Shown here piece by piece: positions 30,597-42,175 of a stretch of DNA of 64,000 nt (positions are counted from its first letter, which is position 1; every line of letters starts with the position of its first letter). This DNA is from an uncultured Verrucomicrobiae bacterium (GTDB lineage: Bacteria; Verrucomicrobiota; Verrucomicrobiia; Chthoniobacterales; JAFAMB01), in the NCBI GenBank assembly GCA_963782115.1, contig CAWAIK010000001.1, forward strand, positions 288,001-352,000. Reading direction: 5' to 3'. The notes below the pieces were generated by a model. It did no database searches. It was not told the origin of the DNA and saw nothing but the letters and a program-made list of their open reading frames with translations. Both the position numbers and the translations under genes were made by a program.

Positions 30597-32142
30597 ATGA
30601 TGGCCAGGCATGGTTCGACGCTCAACATGCACCGCCAGTTGGACAGCGCGCGAACGGAACTCTCTTGCCAGTATGTTGACCACAATCTCATTCAAGAAGA
30701 CCATAAGAACCCCGATGATCATCTCTTCCTTCTTAGTGCATGTCAGCGGTTCGGGATCTGGTATAGTCGGGCTGGCAATGGCGTCAGCCATCCGGTACAT
30801 CAGGAGCGATTCGGCAGGCCAGGGAAGACAATGCTCGGTTCCGACAGCCATACGCCGGCTGCAGGAGCGATCGGGATGCTCGCCATTGGACCCGGCAGCC
30901 TGGAAGTCGCCATGGCCATCGCGGGAGAGCCTTTCTATGTTGAAATGCCATTGGTCTGGGGAATCAGACTGACGGGAACGCTTCCCGATTGGGTGTCAGC
31001 CAAAGATGTTATCCTGGAGATGCTGCGGCGTCACAAGACTGAGGCGGCAGAGGGGCACTGAAATCTATCAGACCTATATCGGCTCATCGGCCAATCCCGG
31101 TTACCGGGATTTCGCGATCGTCGCTGAAATGGTGCGCGGAAGGACAGCGCACCCGCGGGTCTCCTTGGACATCAATCCATCATCGCGACAGATTCTCGAA
31201 AATCTGATTCGTGACGGGTATATTGGTCCGCTCATCCGTGCGGGGGCGCGCCTCCATCAGGCGGGTTGCGACGGATGCATCGGCATGGGCCAGGCGCCGG
31301 CGACCGATACGATCAGCTTGCGGACAGTCCCTCGAAACTTCCCGGGACGGTCGGGGACACGCGAGGACAAAGTGTGTCTTGTCAGCCCCGAAACGGCTGC
31401 TGCATCGGCACTAAAGGGAGTCATTACCAATCCAGGTACATTGGGAATTGCCTATCCACGGGTTAGTGAGCCGGACAACATCATCATCAACACAGAAATG
31501 CTCCTGCCACCATTGCGTCTTGAAGAGGCACGCAAGGTAAAGATCGTGAAAGGGCCGAACATTGCCTCACTTCCTGACCTCGCGCCGCCTCCAGATGTCC
31601 TTGAGCTGCCGATCCTGTTGAAGCTCGGCGACAACATCTCAACTGACACGATTTCTCCCGCAGGTGCACGCGCTCTTCCCTTCCGCAGCAACATCGCGCG
31701 GATCGCGAAATTCGCGTATGACATCGTCGATGGGACCTACCACGATCGCGCTATTGCTGTCCGCGCTCAGGGCGGGCATGCTATCGTGGGAGGAGGCAAT
31801 TATGGTCAGGGTTCGAGTCGCGAGCACGCCGCGCTGGCACCGCGATCTCTTGGCTTACACCTAGTCATCGCCAAGGGCATGGCACGGATTCACTGGCAAA
31901 ACCTTGTGAATTTTGGCGTTTTGCCTCTCATCTTCATGGATGCGACCGATTACGATCGCCTTGGGCAAGGTGATATCATTCGGGTGGAAAGTATTTACGC
32001 CGCAATCAAATCCGGTCCGACAATTCTCGTGAAGAGCATCACAAAGAACCTTACCTTTGTCGCGCACCATGGCCTGTGGGACCGGCAGATCGACGTCTAC
32101 CTGGCTGGCGGATTGATAAACTGGAAAAAAGGTCGGTTATGA
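30597..32142 (+). pseudogene. Aconitate hydratase (3-domain type), 5'-truncated with an internal deletion near 31040
   Basis: QYVDHN, GSDSHT, WVSAKDVILE; then in another frame IGSSANP, GCDGCIGMGQ, RNFPGRSG, DNISTD, NYGQGSSREHA. Confidence 0.88.
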
Positions 32143-32249
32143 CGATTCATATTTGAATTATTACCGCTGCAGTCTCCCCGTGTCGTCTGGACCTCCGAGA
32201 GGTCTGTCGCGATTCATTTGTGATCTCTCCCCTGTTTTAGTGTTGTCTG

Positions 32250-32702
32250 TTAGCTACGGCGGTCCCGGTGATGGTAGCCAAAATGATTGCCTGTCACTAT
32301 CGGCTTGCCGCACTCTTCGCAGGTTGCATCGCATTCTTGCATCTGTTCCGCGATAGTCTCGCCGCATTCTTCGGCTTGCTTTTGCATAGCTTCCAATGCT
32401 GCCTTGGGTGAAATCGAGCTGCTGTCTATGTCGAACACCAGTGCAAATTCACAATATAACTTATTCGCATATACCGCCCCTGCGACAAATCCCGTCTCTC
32501 CGGCTATGGACCCTTGTATAGATACTGGAAACGCATCCTGCTGCTCTCCTAACTCTGCGACCCTACGATAGATCTTCTCGTTCGTTTCGTTAACCAGCCT
32601 GATTAATCCCATTTCCTGAGCCGCTTCCCTGGCATCACGCGAACCTCCAAGAAACTTACGGAGTCGAACAGGTCTTCTACGTTGCTGCTGTTTCAGGTTC
32701 AT
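32250..32702 (-). CDS. Hypothetical protein
   Basis: 150-aa ATG ORF with upstream AAGGA. C-terminal CEECG motif. No family recognised. Confidence 0.5.
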   Translation of the reverse strand: MNLKQQQRRRPVRLRKFLGGSRDAREAAQEMGLIRLVNETNEKIYRRVAELGEQQDAFPVSIQGSIAGETGFVAGAVYANKLYCEFALVFDIDSSSISPKAALEAMQKQAEECGETIAEQMQECDATCEECGKPIVTGNHFGYHHRDRRS

Positions 32703-33636
32703 TGTCCTTTTACTTTTTGTTTCCTTAAAGAGGCACTAACAGGGTTTTTGCGGTTGTCCAGAGGTTATTGCATATATGGAAATTTTACCTGAATATAGTG
32801 GATCGGAGATTGCCTGCCGGAAGTCAGCGCAAGTCCCTGCAAACCGGCGAGATCCGTAAGTTGATCGTGCGGTCAAGCGCCCATATCTGAGTCATACGGG
32901 TCGAGCGAGCAACGCGGAAAACAGCCAATGGCCCCGTGTGCTTTCGCCGCTCGATCAAAATTTGGCGAAGCGTTGCAGGTCTCGAAACCGTTGCTGAAAT
33001 CGCCGCCGCCGTGCGCGTGCCTGCCCCGGCCCTGAGGGTTGCGATGAAAATGGCCCGGCGGCTGCGTTGCGGGAGATTCAAGAACCGGGATTTTGAGGCA
33101 TTTACAATTAGCTGGCTGCCTCACGATTTCGATACTAATCCGCATCTGTGCGTTTTCGATGGCGTCGGAAGCCGCGTTGATCCGAAAAGGAACAAATGTC
33201 CTATCCGGTAACTAAAGGAGCGTGATGATGGCAAGTTGCACGGTGGAATGAATATTAATATTTTAATTTTGTCATTCGCGCAATTCGCGGGCGCTCATTG
33301 GTCAGCTGTCTTTACCGACGCTTCCACGGCGATCTGTCTCTGAGCAAATTCCGTTTGCGCTCGCGCTGACAACTGTCCGTCCGTCCAGAGGAGTATTCCC
33401 TTTATGTCCCGTCCGCGTTGATTCGGATCTGCGAATTTTTCTGCCACCTTACTGACCGACTCGGTCCATTGCAGATATCCAGGGATAAGGGCACTATCAA
33501 CGTGCCGTTCTCGTCCAGAAGACAGAGGACACCTTCCACCGTTTGGAATTCGTGATGGCCAGAACGCAATATTTGCTCCTGCTTACAGATCCTGAAAGGA
33601 ATCTGGAATACGCACCTGCAGTCGTCTTTCGCCCAG

Positions 33637-35409
33637 TCATTGGTTGGTTCGCGCAAACTCCAATTGCGGTGAGAATTTTTGTTCGCGGGTGAGGCTTTGC
33701 CGGGTCTTCCTGGTTGTCTTTTTCGATCTGGGACTTCCGAGCTGCCGAAGAAGAATCTGTCGCATCTCCTCGACGGCCCTGGGATGGTTCATCGCGCCGT
33801 GGTCCGTCGGAACAATCAGCTCGGACTGTGCGGTATTAAGATGCGAGCTCCAATAAGGGACAACGCCATCCGAACTGTTCGGTGTATCGCCCCGCCCGCG
33901 ATCCCCGATAATAGAATTGTGGGGCGCTTGGAGTGGAAGTTTGTCGAGGGCCAGGAGCAGCGGGTTCTTTGGGGACAGCCCGGCAATGCTGTTGGGTGCA
34001 CGAAATTTCTTGGGATCGTTGTCCGGTGTCAGCGCTGCGATCGCCGCCCTCGGGATCGCGTTCACGACTTTAAGTGGCAAACGAATCAGGCGCATGCCAA
34101 GCGCCCCGATGCTGCCAGTTGATAGAGTGCTTCCACGGTGCGGTGTGGCCACGAAGATGACCCGCTTGACCTCCGGATTGGCGGAAAAGATCAGTGCTTG
34201 CTTAAGAACCGAATCTTGTGGCTGAGACGCATAGACCCGATCGGCTTTGGGACCAAAGATGCCATCCCAGAGCACTCGACCGGTGTTCGTCACCTGCAAG
34301 CGGGACAGAATGCCGCCCATGCTGTGCCCGATCAGGATCACCTGATTGAAGTGATAAGTCTGTTCCGCGTAAGCGAGATCCTGCCTGAGAAGCAGCGCGG
34401 AGTAGGCGATCGGATTCCCAGTGGAATAGGAAAAAACCCAGAACTGGTAACGGCGTCGAATCTCGGGGTCGACACTCAACGAATTTGCCACATTGCGCCA
34501 GGCGTAGGCCGAAGAGAGAAGACCATGGACAAAGATCACTGGAATTTTCTCAGGGTCGTAGGGCTGCAGGAGCAACAATCCTGCTGATCCGCGCATGTGC
34601 TCGCCGCGGATCATATTCATAAATCCGATCCAGATTTCATTGATTCGCCCGTACGAAGCTTCTGCGGCAGTGTAATCGGCCGCCAGCGGGTAAGATTTTC
34701 CGTTCAAAACCACCTGGTCGATCTTGGTCGGGTCCAGTAGTCTGAGACGTACTGCGCCAGAGCCCGAGCGGTCAAAGTCAAGAACCGCGGTGACAGTCGC
34801 GCGGATGCCTTTGAGCGGTTCCAGCCGAGGGGGAGCAGTGCCGACGCCCGAACTGTGGCGAATACCAACAGTGGGCCCGCCGAGCCCGGCGCGGATCACA
34901 TTGTCGCGCATCCCTTTTTTGTCGACCCGGTCGGCCACGAGAATCTTCTGAAAATAGTTGGCACGATATTCGCCTGGTCTTTCAGACTCCAATTGCAGCC
35001 GATTCATTTGACCGGATCCCGGATCTTTCAATGAGAGGGTCCCGGAATTTTGCTCTTGTCGGATCAACGATGGCAGGTCCGCCGCGAGATCTGCGGTGGC
35101 GCGGTTGTAGAGCGCCAGGGCGGAGGATTTCTCCGCCTCGGTGTCATGGCCGGGGCTCAACTGTTCGTCTGCGATTTTTGCAATGGCAAGAAACTCTCCT
35201 GCCTGTCCGTCGACATTTGAACTTTGTTTCTCGGCTTGCGCCAAGCGGCGTTCTGCCGCCACCAGCGATGGTGCGGTGCTTTGCTTCTCCACGTGGACGC
35301 AGGCGACCAGGGTAAGAGAAATCCAAATGGGGAAGGCTAATGCTGCCCGCGACAGGCCGAATCTGGTTAAGGGTATCGTCCGATGTTGGGGAACGGCGCG
35401 AAGGCGCAT
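33637..35409 (-). CDS. Secreted/lipoprotein alpha/beta hydrolase (lipase/esterase-like)
   Basis: LVAC lipobox-like signal, PVIFVHGL, GHSMGG nucleophile elbow, ATPHRGS, SDGVVPY..SHL. Confidence 0.88.
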   Translation of the reverse strand: MRLRAVPQHRTIPLTRFGLSRAALAFPIWISLTLVACVHVEKQSTAPSLVAAERRLAQAEKQSSNVDGQAGEFLAIAKIADEQLSPGHDTEAEKSSALALYNRATADLAADLPSLIRQEQNSGTLSLKDPGSGQMNRLQLESERPGEYRANYFQKILVADRVDKKGMRDNVIRAGLGGPTVGIRHSSGVGTAPPRLEPLKGIRATVTAVLDFDRSGSGAVRLRLLDPTKIDQVVLNGKSYPLAADYTAAEASYGRINEIWIGFMNMIRGEHMRGSAGLLLLQPYDPEKIPVIFVHGLLSSAYAWRNVANSLSVDPEIRRRYQFWVFSYSTGNPIAYSALLLRQDLAYAEQTYHFNQVILIGHSMGGILSRLQVTNTGRVLWDGIFGPKADRVYASQPQDSVLKQALIFSANPEVKRVIFVATPHRGSTLSTGSIGALGMRLIRLPLKVVNAIPRAAIAALTPDNDPKKFRAPNSIAGLSPKNPLLLALDKLPLQAPHNSIIGDRGRGDTPNSSDGVVPYWSSHLNTAQSELIVPTDHGAMNHPRAVEEMRQILLRQLGSPRSKKTTRKTRQSLTREQKFSPQLEFARTNQ

Positions 35410-35526
35410 GATTGTTTTTTATCACGATGACCCCACCGGGCAAGAATTTACGAGTTTACTTTCAGCCGCCAAAAGCGGCGGATCGACCCGTGCCGATCCG
35501 GCCAGTTCCCGCAATTGATAATGCTC

Positions 35527-35821
35527 ATGAACACCGTCCTCGCACTTACACAGCTTGTATTCATCACCTTAGGTACAATCTTTTTAAAGGGCATGGTGAA
35601 AGCAAATGGAGACATTACGCCATCACTGTACTTTCAGTTTCTTGATAAGAATTGGCTTTGGTTTTTTCTTTCTTCCCTTTGCTTCGATAGCGTATACTCA
35701 GGTCTCCTATCAGATTAATAAATGTCCATTTACTCCGACCATTGCTGGCGTTGTTGGGATAGTTCTTTCAGGAATCTGCGTCATTTTCTTTGTGAGTGTG
35801 ATCTTTTTTCCATCTGCATAG
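35527..35821 (+). pseudogene. Small membrane protein with an apparent frameshift in a T-rich tract near 35670
   Basis: Two overlapping hydrophobic ORFs join into one 3-TM protein if one base is removed. Confidence 0.4.
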
Positions 35822-36229
35822 AATTCTCATCTCCTAGATATTCCTCGAAGACCGCCCGTTAGCTTGTTGCACCTGTTAGATTCTTCGCGTTGGAATCACT
35901 ATGGACTAAGTAAGAAGCTTGAGACCGGCTGGCGATTCCCGGAACGCACGCGCCCTGAGCGGACCCTTCATCATCTGTTTTGTACCAAGATTCGGATTCC
36001 GGTCCCGATTGCCCCTGTCGCGGTTCGTAAGCGAGCTTTTGGGCCTCGATCGCCTCGACGCAATGAAACCGGGCTGCTTCCGGTGGGCGACATTCGCAAT
36101 CTCAGGAAAACGACCGATCGCTACGGCCAAGTCGAGTATGAGAAGACGCAGCTCGAACGGACATTGTCGGAACATGGTGAGGAACAACTGCTCGAGAGTT
36201 GGGCGTCGAAGAAGATGGAGGAGACGATT

Positions 36230-38382
36230 TTATGAAGGGATCGGTACAGTCACTACGATGCTCGTTCCGCGGCTGGGGGCAGTGTAGATGTCTAGTTTTC
36301 CGCCGATCTGAGCGGATCTCGCCCGCATATTACCCAATCCGAAGCCTTCATTTTTGTCCAGGGGAACTCTAGAGATCCCAGAACCATTGTCTTTCACTTG
36401 AAGAACGAGGTTTGGTGCGTCCCATAGAAGACTCACCGCAATCAAAGTTGGATTGGCATGGCGCACGGCGTTGTGGATCGCCTCCTGGGCGATGCGTAAC
36501 AGCTCATGTTGCACTCTGGGCGGCAAGCTTTTCTCGGGTATGCTGTCGGACCGGAAGTCACAACGCAACCGGTCGGCCACACTGGAGCGCTCCACCAAAC
36601 CTTGAATCGCTAGGGCCAATCCTGATTCCTGAGCGATGCTTAAACTCAAATTGTGGGCGGAAGAGCGTGCTTCAACCAACCCAAGGTTCGCCAACTCAAT
36701 GGCTCGTTGAATGCGGCGGAGGGGATCGCCTTCTTTTGAAGATAGTTCCTCCTTGGCAACTCCCAGTTGCATGCAGATTGCAGTAAAATTTTGCGCTAAC
36801 CCATCGTGAATCTCGCCAGCCAGCCGATTTCGCTCTTCCAGAACTGCAGATTGCCTGGCGGCCTTCGCTAATCGCGTGACCTGAATTGCGAGTGCTGCCT
36901 GGCTTTCGAGGGCCCGAGCTATTTCGATCTCCTCTGGACGAAATTCTCGGTCCTCCGTGAACCGAAATGTCAAGCTACCTATCAACTGGGTACCTAAGTT
37001 TAACGGAATGATTAGCAGGGTCTTTACGCCGAGCCCAAGCAGATAAGCCCGATGGGCATCAGGGATCGGTGTAGTTTGGTTCAGCAGGTGCATCACGGCT
37101 GCCGGTTGCTTCAACAGGCCAAGCTGTCGCTCATCAAGCGGAATAGATCGCAACCCTTCCGGATATTTCGCCTCCGCGGGAGTCATCACGCGATCGTCTT
37201 GAAAAATAAGGTCCAGTGTCAAACAGTTCGTTTCGAAGGTGCGCAATCGCAAAACCGACGACGCCGCACCCAGCTGCCGTGTGATGGCGGCCATCACCTG
37301 CCCTAGGAGCTCATCCAATTCGGGCACCGAGGCAAGAGCATCCAGGCATCCACGCAGTGCTTCGTTCGCTTTCGCCAGTTCGATCGTGCGCTGCTGCGCG
37401 AACAGCTTCCGCTCGCGTGCAAGGGCCGCTTGCATTTCCTCCGGCGTTACTGTCGGAACAGACTTCCGTCGCGGTCTGTGCAAGACCAGGATGGCTCCAA
37501 TCTCACGTTTATTATCGACGACAAGCTCAGTACCAACGTTCGGTACCACCTGGCTCAACCGGGCCGGCCAAGCCGCGAATGAGACCTCGTTGAGGCAAGA
37601 AATACGGCCGTCACAGATCAAGCCTTCGTTGCGTCGTCCTACCGCCTGCAGCGCAGCGTTGGTGGCATACACAATCGTGCCATGCCGGTCGATCGCCACG
37701 ATATCCTCGGTCAGCCAATGTGAACGCTTGGTAAGGAAATAACGCAGCAGCCGCTCATGGTCGTCCTTGATCGACTGAGCGAACATACTCTCTATCTGCT
37801 GTGCCACTGCGCCTGCAAATGCCAGGCTCTGTGGGTTGAAGGTTGTGGCCGGGCCGGAGATATCGAGAATCCCGAGCAACTCGCGGTGGGTGGGGTGCCA
37901 GATCGGAGTGGCCGCACACGTCCATCGTTGGACTTCGCTGCAGAAATGCTCGACACCATGGATCTGGACCGGTTGCAACGCGGCAATGGCGGTTCCGATC
38001 GCGTTCGTTCCGATGTCCGCCTCGGCCCAGTGTCCACCCTGCTCGAGGTGTATGATCCGACCGGAATCTGTAGTCCGCGGATCTCCCGCTGTCTCGATAA
38101 TGACTCCAGATGGATCCGTGAGGATGATCATGGAACTCGCTTCGGCGAGGAGGTGCCGCGCCTGCTGTAGGGCTGGTCGAGCTGCCGCGACTAGTGCCGC
38201 GTGCTCGGAGCGACGCTGAACCACGTCCACTTCGGGCGCGAGTGGTGCCTCGCTTCGTTCAATGGGGATGCGGTACCCTTGAGAACGCTCCCACGAAGCG
38301 ACTACGACCCCCGTACCGCCTTCGATGCGGTGCCGTTCTGTATAAACCTTTCCCAAGCCCGCCTAATTTCCCGATTGTCCAT
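36230..38382 (-). CDS. GAF-(PAS)-GAF-HisKA_3-HATPase sensor kinase with a single-base frameshift near the 5' end
   Basis: GGAGG plus ATG 38382 gives MDNREIRRAWERF. A frame break at the G5 run (38308-38312) precedes VVVASWERS, WAEADIGTNAIGTA, EHFC, WTCAATPI, EERNRLAGEIHDGLAQ, QEAIHNAVRHA, DNGSG, GFGLGNM. Confidence 0.85.
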
Positions 38383-38591
38383 CAAGGATCCTCCGAGGAG
38401 GCGATAGAATCACCAAGTCTCGGCCTGATCGCCGTGTTTGATCCATCATGCTATGGAATGTTGGTTACTGAAGGTTGCCGCACGCACTCGCAAACGACAA
38501 TCGGCCGGTGAAACAATCTCGCAGTGTCTAACCATGGTTGATCTTAACATCGGCTGCAAGCTGCGATGTTCTTCGAGCTCAGAACCACATC

Positions 38592-38877
38592 TTCTGAGTT
38601 CGCTTCACGCAAAATCCGGGTAAATCAGGTTACACCGGGCGCCACTCGAACACCGATCTGGTCCTTAGTAGTGCCCACGTAAGAGGCAATTAGAGAGTTG
38701 GAGCAGCGGGTTAGCCAGGCCATTCCACTCGGCAGGTTCAACGATGCCGATGAAGTCGCAAAAGCTGTTTTGTACCTGGCTTCGGATGACTCGGCCATTG
38801 TTTCGGGGACTGAGATCGTGGTTGACGGAGGAGCCACGGGATCTCCGCTCGGAGCACCTATTTTCCGGCACGGATGA
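38592..38877 (+). pseudogene. SDR oxidoreductase C-terminal fragment with an internal stop
   Basis: SEFASRKIRVNQVTPGATRTPIW..*..IPLGRF..EVAKAVLYLASDD..GTEIVVDGG. Confidence 0.8.
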
Positions 38878-38920
38878 ACGCTTACCCGCAAAGCACAAAC
38901 GAGTCCAAAAAGGAGAATGA

Positions 38921-39430
<510 letters not shown>

Positions 39431-39489
39431 TAACAGGCTTTGGCAAAGTTGATGTTTCGATGCAATCCGGATTCGCCGGCGCAGCCAAG

Positions 39490-39601
39490 CAGGGCTCTCT
39501 AGGCACTCGTAAACCTGAGCCCGCGTCAAATCAGGAAAGCTCCGCACGACATCATCGACGCTGGAACCGTTGACGATCAAGCCAACCACCATCTTTCTCA
39601 T
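39490..39601 (-). pseudogene. DUF433-like fragment
   Basis: VVGLIVNGSSVDDVVRSFPDLTRAQVYECL. Confidence 0.55.
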
Positions 39602-39727
39602 AAAAGATTAAGCCTTTAGACGCACGCGCCCATTAACCGGTTACTGCGATTTTCCGATTTTCTGATCCGAGAAAGCTGCCCGTCCGGCATCACGACGGCC
39701 TGCTCGTGGAGCGCGCGATGTAAGTTC

Positions 39728-39860
39728 TTGGGACACGTGACTAACACCGCAAGAGCAATCGATCCCACGTCCCGAACACTACTGACTGAGCTGCAGGTAC
39801 CCAACGAAACTGGTGAACTCTTTCCGGGCGCCTATGTTCTGACCACCCTGCAAGCCAATG
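39728..39860 (+). pseudogene. RND efflux membrane-fusion protein fragment
   Basis: GHVTNTARAIDPTSRTLLTELQVPN..LFPGAY. Confidence 0.7.
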
Positions 39861-39910
39861 ATAATCTTCAATTATCCCGGTATGGAGCCGAGGGATCTGG
39901 AGCAGCATCT

Positions 39911-41497
39911 CTAACGCCGAGCCGGCAGCCTCCCGTAGACCCGAATCAGGTTAAGCAGTTGTTCGCTGACAGAGTCTAACGACTTAATGCTAGTCAGTCT
40001 CCATCGCCAATTGTCTGGGGATAGCACACCTGTAAGATTCATTCGTGCTTCGTTGCCCAGCCCGAGAAGGTCCTGAACCGGAATGAGCGCCCATTTCGCC
40101 ACGGACGACAGGGCTAAGCGAATAAATTCCCAGTGAACGTTTCTTTCTGTCACGGGCATTCCTAAATACTCTTCAACCTCTTTTCTTAACCTAAAATCAA
40201 GATCTCTAAACCATCCCGCCATCGGTTTCAGGTCATGCGTCTCCGTGTAAATCACGGAGTTGGGCAGGCACTTGTACGGCAGATACGGGTGGTCCTTTTG
40301 TCCGTTGAACGCAAGTTGGAGCACACTCATTCCGGGAAGTCCTAGCGATTCCCTTAAGGCGTGTACTTCATCAGTAATGAATCCTAGATCTTCGACAAAC
40401 ACCTCCGCCCTGCCGGCAGATTCTATCATCGCTTCAAAAAAGGCTTTGCCAGGACCCCTGACAAAATACCCATCTCTCGAACCTTTCGAACCTGCCGGAA
40501 TCGCCCAAAAAGACTCAAATCCTCGGAAATGGTCTAATCGAATGGCATCGTAAAGAGCTGCACTTTCCGCGATCCGCATCCTCCACCATTTAAATCCGTC
40601 TTGTTGGTGAACCGACCAGGCATAGGTTGGCGTACCCCAACCCTGCCCTTCCGGTACAAATTCGTCGGGCGGCGCCCCTGCTTCGAGGTTCGTCTTTCCG
40701 GTAATCGGATCTACCTCAAACAGCTGAGGACTCTCCCACAAGTCACAGCTTTCGTGGGCCACGTTGTAAGGAATGTCTCCGGCAATATAAATCCCTTTGC
40801 TGTTCGCATAGTTTTTGAGGCACTTCCATTGCTCGAAGAATACGAACTGCCCAAAGCTAATAAACTGTCTATCTAACTCATTAGGAGAATCCAGCCTGGT
40901 AACATCCTCGCCCCTCTTCCGTTCACCGCAATACACCTTCCCATTAAGAGAGTTCCTCGTGACATAGATGGCATATCCTGGTAACCACTCCTTCGAGTCA
41001 CAAAAACGGCGAAACGCCTCCTGCTCAGCTTCGTCCGCCTTAATCCGGAACCGTTCGAACGCCTGCCTCAGGAGGTTCGCTTTAGCTGTCACCACCTTGG
41101 GAAAATCTACTGCCTCGTTAGGAAGTCTAGGATATTGCTCCAGATCGCCAGGCTCCAAAAACCCCCTCTCCAATAATTTCTCGGGGCTTATCAGTAAATG
41201 ATTAGTAGCGAACGCGGAAATAGGGCTGTACGGGCAGAAATCAGGCCTTTCCAGGACCGGATTGAGCGGTAAAACCGACCACAAAGACTGCCCACTGGCA
41301 CAGAGAAAGTCGACAAACTCATAGGCAGAAGACCCAAGATCTCCAATACCGAAGGGTCCGGGCAGCGACGAAATATGCAGCAAGATGCCGCTTAATCTCT
41401 GCTCGATCAATCGAGTGCGTCGCTCCGTCCGCGCCACCATCGAATGGCTGTTCCGAGACCCCGAATGGTCCACAGTTAGGAATTGGCGTTCCTTCAT
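39911..41497 (-). CDS. malQ: 4-alpha-glucanotransferase (amylomaltase, GH77)
   Basis: SGILLHISSLPG..GIGDLG, GDIP, GAPPDEF..GQGWG, RLDHFRGF, EDLG, THD, EARMN, NWRWR. Start uncertain (41497 or 41440). Confidence 0.93.
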   Translation of the reverse strand: MKERQFLTVDHSGSRNSHSMVARTERRTRLIEQRLSGILLHISSLPGPFGIGDLGSSAYEFVDFLCASGQSLWSVLPLNPVLERPDFCPYSPISAFATNHLLISPEKLLERGFLEPGDLEQYPRLPNEAVDFPKVVTAKANLLRQAFERFRIKADEAEQEAFRRFCDSKEWLPGYAIYVTRNSLNGKVYCGERKRGEDVTRLDSPNELDRQFISFGQFVFFEQWKCLKNYANSKGIYIAGDIPYNVAHESCDLWESPQLFEVDPITGKTNLEAGAPPDEFVPEGQGWGTPTYAWSVHQQDGFKWWRMRIAESAALYDAIRLDHFRGFESFWAIPAGSKGSRDGYFVRGPGKAFFEAMIESAGRAEVFVEDLGFITDEVHALRESLGLPGMSVLQLAFNGQKDHPYLPYKCLPNSVIYTETHDLKPMAGWFRDLDFRLRKEVEEYLGMPVTERNVHWEFIRLALSSVAKWALIPVQDLLGLGNEARMNLTGVLSPDNWRWRLTSIKSLDSVSEQLLNLIRVYGRLPARR

Positions 41498-42004
41498 ATT
41501 CTCCGTACTTCGAATCCTTAAGGCAGTTTCCGGGCAACACGCGCTGTTCGCCACTAGTAACCGCCGTCGTTTAGTCCAGGTTACTCAATCACATTTTGTT
41601 CACCGGTGCAACGTCGTTGATTTCCAAAGCGACCAAGTCGAAAGCGACTCGGTACGAGCGGCGGGAACTGACACAATTAGCTGTGGATTCGAGTGATAAA
41701 GCGCACTAGATAAGGAAAACCGGTAGATGCAATGTTTGACCGTGGTTGAACCGGACGGAGAGTTCTATTGGCCGAATAAGCGCGTTTTCGGTGCTGCCCA
41801 ACGAGCTTCCGTTGGTCAGGAAAAATCGACAAAGGGGGCATGATTCCGGTGGGATCGGCGTCGAAAGTCCAGATTCGAGTCCGCCTGATGTAGATTACGC
41901 AGTTGTGAGATGTTATGGGACGTTGGGATGGCGATTGGCTCTGGCCAGGGCGGAAGGATAGATAAATATTGCGCTACGGCAAATTCGTAGTAGAGGTACA
42001 GTTC

Positions 42005-42110
42005 AGCTGATGCCGAACTTCCTGATATGAATGAACTGCTGCTAACAGTTAAAATGACCTCTGCACGCTTGACTAACTCCACCGCAGGGACCGCCGAGCC
42101 CGTCCGGTGC
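42005..42110 (-). pseudogene. IS630-like transposase N-terminal remnant, copy 1
   Basis: ~80-bp direct repeat of 44358-44437; encodes AVELVKRAEVIL. Confidence 0.5.
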
Positions 42111-42175
42111 TACGCCCAGCGGGAGCTAACTACCCATCCATCTCGCTGGTCTGAGGTCGCGGTTGTGCTAGTAGT

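Noticed and set aside
30488..30691. N-terminal extension of the second glucosidase
   Set aside because: It overlaps the aconitase remnant on the other strand; MSFKVQVG at 30487 is the more plausible start.
32824..33656. Short ORFs in the intergenic region before the hydrolase
   Set aside because: No recognisable family or RNA structure that I can support.
35919..36235. Possible group II intron maturase C-terminal remnant (Arg/Trp-rich RRRRWRRRFYE)
   Set aside because: The resemblance is too weak by eye; no RT motifs or domain V/VI structure found.
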